Source: a virus
Taxonomy: Duplodnaviria > Caudoviricetes
Length of the DNA stretch: 64,000 bases
Strand: one strand, 5' to 3'
Virus record (IMG/VR): IMGVR_UViG_3300026549_000076
Location: 5,444-69,443 of that record
Translations under genes and position numbers: made by a program
Notes under the pieces: model-generated
Told to the model about the DNA's origin: nothing
Databases searched by the model: none
Seen by the model: only the letters and a program-made list of their open reading frames with translations
In this document: piece by piece, positions 6,985 to 14,882 of the stretch
How the letters are laid out: each line of letters opens with the position of its first letter
How positions within the stretch are numbered: position 1 is the stretch's first letter

Positions 6985-9771
6985 CTACTTCTTATACTTA
7001 TTAACAACATTCTTAACAATAGCATCCACTTGTTCCTCAGGTACAAAGGCACCTTGAATTCTAGTAGGACTTGTTGCACCAACAGGTTTATATAGCATAT
7101 CACCTTTACCTAACAACTTCTCAGCTCCACCTTGATCTAAAATAGTTCTACTATCAGTATTAGAAGCTGTAGAGAATGCTATTCTAGAAGGAAAATTAGA
7201 TTTAATAGTTCCAGTAACTACATCAGTAGAAGGTCTTTGAGTAGCAACAATCATATGAATACCTGCAGCTCTAGCCTTCTGAGTAATACGTTGAATAGAA
7301 GTCTCAACTGACTTACCTGCAACAGACATCAAGTCAGCTAACTCATCTATAACACAAACTATATAAGGCATATGAGGTAACTTATTCTCATGAGATTTAT
7401 TATAGTTATCTACTAAAGAATTATAACCTTTAATATCCTTAACACCAGTTCTATTAAATATAGTATATCGTTCATCCATTTCTTCAGTTAAATCCTTCAA
7501 AGCACTATCAGCCTCTTTAGCATCAGTAATAATTGGTCTAAGTAAATGAGGAACATTCTTATAAGAACTAAGTTCAACTTGCTTAGGATCGATTAAAACT
7601 AACTTAACATCATCTGGACTATATTGTTGAATCAAACTACAAATCATAGAATTGATTGCACTAGACTTACCTGAATTACCTGTAATAGTTATAAAACCAT
7701 TTCTACGTAAAACCCACATACCTGTAGAAGTAGTGAAACAATATTTATATTCATTAGATTTTACTAATATATCTATATTATCCTTACCATGAGAATTAAC
7801 AATTGATGTAAGACTTCTTCCATTAGATATATGTACACAATAACAAACAGACTTGTATGTATAATCTCCATTAGAATGTTTCTTACCTACACGATTATCC
7901 TCAGTTATACTTGATTTAAAACCTAAAGAACTAAATACAAATTGAATAAAATCTGCATCAGTTTTACAAGTACTAAAATAGCGTTTAGTAGACTTAGAAA
8001 CACACCCATCCCATTTACATACATTATCTGCAATAACCTCTAATTGATATTTATTACAATTATACCAAGAACTATCAAAATGTTTTATTCTAACAGGTGA
8101 ATCAAAATAGAATTCAGAATAACCATCAGATCTAACACGTTCATCATATTCTATATTTGCCTCTAACAAGATATTCCTTAATTCAATCTTCTTTCTATTC
8201 TTCTTCAGATTAATTCTACACCTAGAAGTATCATTAAAGAAATTACCATCTGCCATAACAGCCAGCATAACTTTAATACATGAATCTGATAAATCAATAC
8301 CTTCACCTTCATAATTAAAAGTATGTATAAATTTACCTGTAAAACCATTAACTGAATTAAAATGCATATCAGCAATTTCTTTCATAGTTCTATGATAAAG
8401 ATTACCTTTAGAAGTTATATAATAAACATTATGTTCTGGACTCAACATCATATTCATTCCATATTTAGGTTTAACATAATAGAAAATATCTGCTGATTCT
8501 TTAATAAACGCTTGTGGATACTCTAAAGTAGCTTTACCATCTTCATGATAAACTAAAACTTTATCTCCTTCTTCATATTCAGAAATTGGTTTCCAACCAA
8601 AACCATTAAAAAATTCTGTATCCTTATCTACACAACCTGTAGTACCACCTATAAGAACGTGTTGTAACTTAAGAATATCCGCTGATTGAGCATTACCATT
8701 AGTATCCTTACCTAAGGCAACAGCTAAACCTGACTTATCCATATCTTCAAGAACATCATCTAAAGATACTGCAGAAATCTCAGCATTAGGAACTTGAATA
8801 CCAATAGAATTCTTTCCAGTTATTGGAGTAACATAAACAGAAGTTACACCCAAAGTCATTGCAATCTCCTTAGAAAGATTACTTACATCATTAATACGAA
8901 CACCTGATCCTAAAGTAAATTCATACTGAGTAATACTAGGCCCAACAAGACCTCCAACATAAGAAACTTTAACTCCATAATTAGATAAAGTAGATTCAAT
9001 AAGTTCACCTATAGATTTTAAATCTGGAGTATTCTGAGGTTTTAAATTTGCTAAAAATTCTTTATATTCATCTGGAAGTACATTCTCATAAAAAGTCTTA
9101 TAAGAATCTCCCCCTTTATCTCCCTCAATTTTATCCATAACTACCCAATCCCTCATAGTTCTAAGTATACTTGAATCATTCTTAGCAGGTATAAGATTAA
9201 AACTATTTGCAGAAGAATAAACATAGTCTCCCTTTAGACTCTTAGCAACCTCTTGTTCTTCATCAGTTAAAGGAGTTCTTTCTCCTTGATCATCAGAAGA
9301 TTGAGAAAACTTAACTAAATCCTCATCAACCTCAGGCTCTTGTTTAGTAGACTTCTTATTATCTACTCCTGATGAAATATCCTTTCTAGGTTGAATTGCA
9401 CTATTAATCTCACTCATATTTAAACTAATAGCTTCATCAATGGATTTAGAATTAGAAACATCAACTGCACCTAAATCAATAGTCTTAGTTGCTAAAGATA
9501 ATCTCAAAAAGGCATTTGCATCATAATCACCAATATCTCGATTATAACTTTCAATACTTTCATGTGTAGTATTAACCTCCAAAGTACAAGGAATAGTTGT
9601 AGATTCATCTTTATACGTACCAGAAAACTTTACAGAAAAACGAGTTCTATATCTAGGCAAACCAGAACTAAAAGTAAATCCATATTTCTCAAAAACTGGA
9701 AATACTACTTTAGTAATAGAATTTAACATTTTATCAACTGACTGTGCAGCTTCCACTAACTTTAACTTCAT
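6985..9771 (-). CDS. ftsK: FtsK/SpoIIIE-family DNA translocase (soluble), intein-containing
   Basis: Alpha domain (GPSITQYE..GIQVPN), Walker A GTTG|SGKS split by an intein, LIDPKQVEL, Walker B VIDELADL, ATQRPS, GAEKLLGKGDML. Confidence 0.93.
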   Translation of the reverse strand: MKLKLVEAAQSVDKMLNSITKVVFPVFEKYGFTFSSGLPRYRTRFSVKFSGTYKDESTTIPCTLEVNTTHESIESYNRDIGDYDANAFLRLSLATKTIDLGAVDVSNSKSIDEAISLNMSEINSAIQPRKDISSGVDNKKSTKQEPEVDEDLVKFSQSSDDQGERTPLTDEEQEVAKSLKGDYVYSSANSFNLIPAKNDSSILRTMRDWVVMDKIEGDKGGDSYKTFYENVLPDEYKEFLANLKPQNTPDLKSIGELIESTLSNYGVKVSYVGGLVGPSITQYEFTLGSGVRINDVSNLSKEIAMTLGVTSVYVTPITGKNSIGIQVPNAEISAVSLDDVLEDMDKSGLAVALGKDTNGNAQSADILKLQHVLIGGTTGCVDKDTEFFNGFGWKPISEYEEGDKVLVYHEDGKATLEYPQAFIKESADIFYYVKPKYGMNMMLSPEHNVYYITSKGNLYHRTMKEIADMHFNSVNGFTGKFIHTFNYEGEGIDLSDSCIKVMLAVMADGNFFNDTSRCRINLKKNRKKIELRNILLEANIEYDERVRSDGYSEFYFDSPVRIKHFDSSWYNCNKYQLEVIADNVCKWDGCVSKSTKRYFSTCKTDADFIQFVFSSLGFKSSITEDNRVGKKHSNGDYTYKSVCYCVHISNGRSLTSIVNSHGKDNIDILVKSNEYKYCFTTSTGMWVLRRNGFITITGNSGKSSAINSMICSLIQQYSPDDVKLVLIDPKQVELSSYKNVPHLLRPIITDAKEADSALKDLTEEMDERYTIFNRTGVKDIKGYNSLVDNYNKSHENKLPHMPYIVCVIDELADLMSVAGKSVETSIQRITQKARAAGIHMIVATQRPSTDVVTGTIKSNFPSRIAFSTASNTDSRTILDQGGAEKLLGKGDMLYKPVGATSPTRIQGAFVPEEQVDAIVKNVVNKYKK
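7675..8634 (-). mobile_element. Intein with LAGLIDADG homing endonuclease in the FtsK Walker A motif (320 aa)
   Basis: Begins CVDKDTEFF and ends RRNGFITITGN followed by Ser. Removing it restores GGTTGSGKS. Contains LAVMADG and CKWDG motifs. Confidence 0.92.
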
Positions 9772-9782
9772 AATAAAACCTC

Positions 9783-9800
9783 CTCTAATTAATAAGAAAA
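9783..9800 (-). promoter_or_regulatory. Candidate late promoter TTTTCT-TATTAAT-TAGAG
   Basis: Immediately upstream of the ftsK RBS. Matches the recurring motif. Confidence 0.45.
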
Positions 9801-9909
9801 AATTAACCCAATTAAAACCGTTTTAAGAAGATTTGAAAAAACTAGACTAAATCATCAAACTATATAAGTTTCGAGGAAATTAACCTAGTTATGAATCTCT
9901 GAGAGAATC

Positions 9910-11796
9910 CTAGACCTCTCCTAAAGTTGTATCTTCTGGAGTACCATTATTTGTAGGAGGTTCTTCAGGTAAAGGAAGTAATCCTTCATCATTAGTCTCC
10001 TCTCCAGTAGAAGTCTCCTCGCCAAAGTCTTCCTCAGGCGCACCATTAACATTTATATCAACAGGATTATCTATTGTAGAACCTGATGGTAAAGGTTCAT
10101 GTTCATTACCTTCTTCTCCAGACTCTTCATCTTCACTCGGTACAAGATTTTGCATATCCTTGCCTTCATCCTCATTAATCTTATCTAATAACTCAGCATC
10201 AAGATAACGAGTAACAAGTAAATCACGTACACCTGTATACTTACCATCTTCAAAACTAATACCTAAATTATTAAGTGAAGTAATTGCTCTATCAAGAGCT
10301 TCTTGTTTAGCTTGTTCAAATTCAATTCTATCCAAAGCATCTTGATTATTAATCTCTGCAAAAACAACATTAAGATCTACCTTAGAATGATCAATACCTA
10401 ATAAAGTAAGATATTGAATAAAGATATCTTCAAGACCTTGAGATAGAATAGCAGTAAATTGTTGAATAGTTCTAAGATAACGAATATCCTGTCTTGCAGC
10501 AGAAGTATTAATTAATTGTCCAGACTCATCACCATAGATTAAAGTCTTAGGAACTCCTAAAGAACCAAGTAATTGTTCCCTAAAATAATCTAGAGGCTCC
10601 TGAGTCTTAATATCCATATCTCCACCTATAGCTTGAACATTAATTGCACCAACTCCATTACGAGTAGGAACTATAATAGAATCACCTAAAGGTATCTGAG
10701 TTTGAGCAGAACTATAATAATCCTTACGAACATCTACAGTTTCACGAGTAGTAAGTCTCTTCTTAAACTCTAAAATAAGATTATCAGTTTCTTTAGAACT
10801 CATTGCCCCAACATCTATTTGAAAAAGTCTATAAATAGAACTTCTAGTAAGTAAAGCAAGTAAAGTACAATCTTCAACAGTATTAAGCATAGACCATGGA
10901 GTAACAGCCTTATCTATAAAAGATTGTCCTAAAGGTACTTCATATAAAGTAGATACTATATCATCCGGATTAGCCTTAACTGAAATAGTTTTAGTATTAC
11001 CCCTAGAATTAATGAAAGTAGTTATGTTTCTAGGATTTAAAACCTTTACCGTATTATCTAAATCTAAATAGAAAACAGTAACTCCCTTATTCATAAAAGG
11101 AACTAATGAACTAGGAAGAACCTCAAAATAGTATCTACCTACAAGTTTAGAATCCTTCATCTTATCAACAGACAAATCTGAATAAGTATAATCAGAAGTA
11201 CTTGCATCAAAGGAATTCTTAATATCTGAACCAAAGTCAGTAAAATAAGTTTCATTTGCTTCAGAAAGAATCTTACCCTGAACATCAGATTCAAACAAAT
11301 TACGCTTAACATTATTAGAACCTTCAAACAATTTAATTTTTACTTCTTCATACTTATCTACAAAACCAAATCGTACAGAAACAACACCATCAGTAATGAT
11401 TCTGTAAAGAACTTGAGGTAAGATATCTAAAATATTAGAATTAGTTAATAAATAATCTAGCACATCATTAATTTTAGTAATGTCATCATCAGTAACATTG
11501 TCATCTATTTTATTTACATCTACTGAAAAAATTTCATGTGTAAGAACATCTTTATGTAAAGCATCTGATATCCACATATTAATTATCATTGCAATAGTCG
11601 CATCTTCTAACATAGACTTCTTAATTTCACTTGTCATTGTACGTGAAGCATTAAGTCTAAAACTAGATAAAGAAGCTACAAAATTATAATATGGTAAAGA
11701 AAACAAAGATGACATATCTAATTGAGTTTTGTTACTAGACTCATTTAAATTAGATGATTCATTTAATTTAGATTTACCTCGACCAAATAAACCCAT
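9910..11796 (-). CDS. Portal protein, T4 gp20-like
   Basis: LTRSSIYRLFQIDVG..., DYFREQLLGSLGVPK, YLRTIQQF. Acidic C-terminal tail. N-terminal LNES repeats. Confidence 0.85.
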   Translation of the reverse strand: MGLFGRGKSKLNESSNLNESSNKTQLDMSSLFSLPYYNFVASLSSFRLNASRTMTSEIKKSMLEDATIAMIINMWISDALHKDVLTHEIFSVDVNKIDDNVTDDDITKINDVLDYLLTNSNILDILPQVLYRIITDGVVSVRFGFVDKYEEVKIKLFEGSNNVKRNLFESDVQGKILSEANETYFTDFGSDIKNSFDASTSDYTYSDLSVDKMKDSKLVGRYYFEVLPSSLVPFMNKGVTVFYLDLDNTVKVLNPRNITTFINSRGNTKTISVKANPDDIVSTLYEVPLGQSFIDKAVTPWSMLNTVEDCTLLALLTRSSIYRLFQIDVGAMSSKETDNLILEFKKRLTTRETVDVRKDYYSSAQTQIPLGDSIIVPTRNGVGAINVQAIGGDMDIKTQEPLDYFREQLLGSLGVPKTLIYGDESGQLINTSAARQDIRYLRTIQQFTAILSQGLEDIFIQYLTLLGIDHSKVDLNVVFAEINNQDALDRIEFEQAKQEALDRAITSLNNLGISFEDGKYTGVRDLLVTRYLDAELLDKINEDEGKDMQNLVPSEDEESGEEGNEHEPLPSGSTIDNPVDINVNGAPEEDFGEETSTGEETNDEGLLPLPEEPPTNNGTPEDTTLGEV

Positions 11797-11817
11797 ACAG
11801 TACCCTCCTTCTAAAAA

Positions 11818-12291
11818 TTAAAGTGAATTCAAAAAGTTAATACAGGAAACTATCATAGAATAGAAATCTTGTAAATGAATTGAATCCAAATTTAAATTAC
11901 AGTTTCTAATATAATTTATGAAAAAATCTCCGAATCTACTTTTATCTAAAGTAATATCTGAATAATCTTTAGTAAAAACTAAATCAGAACTATCTAACTT
12001 AGTTTTACAATCATTTAGTAAAACAGCTAATTCATCATACTTATCTTCAGTTAAAGGTTGTAAAGAAGCAACATCTTCAGTGAAATCTTTAATATAATCT
12101 TTAAGACCACTTTGAGTATCTACAGAATATTCTTGTAAAGAAATAAGTTCAGATTCATTTAAAACAATATGAGTATTATCTGAAACAAAATCATAATACT
12201 TTCCAAAAACCTTACCTTGATATTCAACCAACTTATCTCCTAAAAGAAAATGCTTACCAATAACTAAAGAACTACCTTTATAAAGAATCAT
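11818..12291 (-). CDS. Hypothetical protein
   Basis: 157-aa ORF tightly packed between baseplate and portal genes. No motif recognised. Confidence 0.6.
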   Translation of the reverse strand: MILYKGSSLVIGKHFLLGDKLVEYQGKVFGKYYDFVSDNTHIVLNESELISLQEYSVDTQSGLKDYIKDFTEDVASLQPLTEDKYDELAVLLNDCKTKLDSSDLVFTKDYSDITLDKSRFGDFFINYIRNCNLNLDSIHLQDFYSMIVSCINFLNSL

Positions 12292-12293
12292 TA

Positions 12294-14036
12294 TTAATCA
12301 CTCCATTCATCTATAATTAATTCATCATTAACATAAATTCTAAATTTACATGCAAACATATCAATATACTCATCAGGTCCACAAGCTATATTAATATCAG
12401 GATCAACTACTTCTAGATAATCTATATAAGGGAAAGCATTAAGTAAATCCTTACCAATAGTAGAACCATATAAAGAATCCCCAATACCTAAAGATTCTCT
12501 ACCATAGATACTTTTCATATAAGATTCTATAGTAGTTGCAATAGATGCAACTCGTAAATCATCCTTATCCATATAAACATTTAATCTAATATTTGGAGTT
12601 AATCTAACTGGATCCTCATAAGTAATCATTAAAGAAGAAAGTCTTCTAAGATCTACATATTCCTTAAGAGCAAGTAAACTAACTGATGGTGAATAAGTTC
12701 CTAAACTATATGAATAAGAACAAACTGCATCATCAAAGAAATCATTTTCTACTGAAGTGATACTACCAGTAGAATAATCTATTGCACCAACAACAGTTCC
12801 CTCACCAGAAACTATATTATTTCCATCAGTAGTATATTCAACATCACCTATGTAAATCTCTACTTCATAATCCTGAGAAACTGGAAAATTAGCTAACTGA
12901 TAAGTAGTAGTTGAAGTCTTAGCTAAATCCTCTTCCTCAACAGATTCTGTATCCTTAACAAAGATAGAAATCTCATTTGGATTAGATGGTAGAACTAAAA
13001 CCTTAGCTTTATATGCATCACCTGGTTGAACATATCCTGTCCAATCATCATTATAGTCTCCACACTTAACATCTGCAATTTCAGAAAGAGCTTCAGACAA
13101 CTCTTCAAAATCTCTCTTAGTAACTATAGTATCCATAGTTCTTGCATGAATAGGTGCATTAACTTTTAATTCATCTACAGTCTCTGGAAAGTAACCTCCT
13201 TCAGAAACTGTATTAGTAATACCATAACTACGAATTAATGTAGTCTGAGAACTAGTAGTTAAAATATTAGCACCAATACGTCCAGCTTCACCTTGAGAAA
13301 TTAAATACGTAATAACACAATAAGAACCATCTGCAAGAGTCTCACTCCAATAAGAAGGAAGCTGAACATAAACTCTAGCATACTCATCTACATGAACAGA
13401 GAAAGCAAAAATACCTGCTATAAATCTAATATCCTCAACTCTAGGAATTAAACTATTAGAAATACTAGGAATCATCAACTGAACAGTATTAGTTCCTATC
13501 TTATAATCAGGTAAGTAAATCTTACCATCAGAAGTAATCTGAGAATAAGTATATGTATTAGTAACCCTAGTACCTTCATAAGCAACCTGACTACCAACAC
13601 CTCTAGAAATTAACATAGGCTCTAATAAAGTATAAGTAATAGTATTCTCTCTATTAGTAAAAGTAGTATATGCAGGAAGTGTAGTAGAATCACTAGTCTC
13701 TGCATTAGCTTGTAAAGTAATAGTAGTAAAAGCAGATTCATAATGTCTTGGCTTATAACCTATAAGTTTAAGAATAGACATTATTGAAGTTCTCTCAACA
13801 GCAGTATCTAAGAAAAGTTCTGATGCTGTCTTATCTATTTGAAAGTTATTACTATCTGCAAGATACGCCATAAGCCCTAAAAGAATAGAACCTATATCAC
13901 CAGAACTAAAATCTGTCCAACGACCTTCAGAAAGAATACCTGCTTGTTCTTTCAAATACTCATAAATAGACATTACATCTCTTCTAGTGTAAGTAGTATT
14001 ATTCATACCTAAAATACTATTCTCAAAGTCTGCCAT
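12294..14036 (-). CDS. Baseplate wedge subunit, T4 gp6/baseplate J-like
   Basis: WTDFSSGDIG..LMAYLADSNNFQID..ELFLDTAVERTSI..LIGYKP, and ETVDELKVNAP..RTMDTIVTKRDF. Confidence 0.88.
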   Translation of the reverse strand: MADFENSILGMNNTTYTRRDVMSIYEYLKEQAGILSEGRWTDFSSGDIGSILLGLMAYLADSNNFQIDKTASELFLDTAVERTSIMSILKLIGYKPRHYESAFTTITLQANAETSDSTTLPAYTTFTNRENTITYTLLEPMLISRGVGSQVAYEGTRVTNTYTYSQITSDGKIYLPDYKIGTNTVQLMIPSISNSLIPRVEDIRFIAGIFAFSVHVDEYARVYVQLPSYWSETLADGSYCVITYLISQGEAGRIGANILTTSSQTTLIRSYGITNTVSEGGYFPETVDELKVNAPIHARTMDTIVTKRDFEELSEALSEIADVKCGDYNDDWTGYVQPGDAYKAKVLVLPSNPNEISIFVKDTESVEEEDLAKTSTTTYQLANFPVSQDYEVEIYIGDVEYTTDGNNIVSGEGTVVGAIDYSTGSITSVENDFFDDAVCSYSYSLGTYSPSVSLLALKEYVDLRRLSSLMITYEDPVRLTPNIRLNVYMDKDDLRVASIATTIESYMKSIYGRESLGIGDSLYGSTIGKDLLNAFPYIDYLEVVDPDINIACGPDEYIDMFACKFRIYVNDELIIDEWSD

Positions 14037-14436
14037 AATTAATACCTCCTTCAGAATTCAATGGAATCTTATATTCAAGACGAGTACTTAAATTAGTGTT
14101 AACCGTAACATAATCAATTTTAAGATAAAGTAAAGTACTATCAATTTCAGACTCAATAGTAACATCCTTAATAAAATTATAATTATTCAACAAAACACTT
14201 TTAACTTCATCATTTATAAGTAACACATTAGTATTACTAGAATTATCAAATAAGTATCTATAAAGATTAGAACCATACTCTGGATTACCTAAAAGAGAAC
14301 CCTTACGAGTAAGAAGTAAAGTTCTAATGTCTTGTTGAAGTTTCTCATGTTGAGAAACAACTCCAATACTACCTAAAGAATTAATTACCTTATCAGTAGA
14401 CATACCCTGTAAGGTTAAAACATTAATAGAAGCCAT
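14023..14436 (-). CDS. Baseplate wedge gp25/GPW-like protein
   Basis: IRTLLLTRKGSLLGNPEYGSNLYRYLFD. Confidence 0.88.
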   Translation of the reverse strand: MASINVLTLQGMSTDKVINSLGSIGVVSQHEKLQQDIRTLLLTRKGSLLGNPEYGSNLYRYLFDNSSNTNVLLINDEVKSVLLNNYNFIKDVTIESEIDSTLLYLKIDYVTVNTNLSTRLEYKIPLNSEGGINYGRL

Positions 14437-14437
14437 A

Positions 14438-14833
14438 TTATATCAAACCTCCATGATTAAGAATCTCACCTAAAGGTGGAAGTCTAAGAGTTAAATTAGT
14501 TCTTACTTGCAAAGGTGAAATTAAATTGTTACAAGATAAGATAACCCAATAATAAATAGGTGAACCATAAACCTCATTAGAAATTAAGTCTGGTCTATAC
14601 TGCTTTGATGCATCTACAAAATAATACTGATCATCAGTAGAAACCTCTAAATAAAGCTGTGACTTCTTAATAAACTCTAAAAAAGTAACTCCTGTATATG
14701 AAGTAAGTCTAATTTTATTTCTGTAACGACTCAAAGTATTGTTATCTCTATCAGAATAAACATCTGATAATGTACTAGAAAACCATACCTCACGATTACT
14801 AGGTTCTAGATGAGTTTGATATTCATTGTTCAT
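14438..14833 (-). CDS. Baseplate wedge gp53/LysM-like protein
   Basis: RPDLISNEVYGSPIYYWVILSCNNLISPL. Confidence 0.85.
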   Translation of the reverse strand: MNNEYQTHLEPSNREVWFSSTLSDVYSDRDNNTLSRYRNKIRLTSYTGVTFLEFIKKSQLYLEVSTDDQYYFVDASKQYRPDLISNEVYGSPIYYWVILSCNNLISPLQVRTNLTLRLPPLGEILNHGGLI

Positions 14834-14848
14834 AATATCTCATCCCCT

Positions 14849-14864
14849 CTCTTATTTAAGAAAA
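14849..14864 (-). promoter_or_regulatory. Candidate late promoter TTTTCT-TAAATA-AGAG (variant)
   Basis: Just upstream of the gp53-like gene RBS. Confidence 0.35.
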
Positions 14865-14882
14865 ATTATTGATAATTAAAAA

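Noticed and set aside
6985-9771. FtsK as evidence of host chromosomal DNA or a prophage boundary
   Set aside because: It is embedded among virion genes with the same strand and composition, and lacks the membrane and gamma domains of cellular FtsK.
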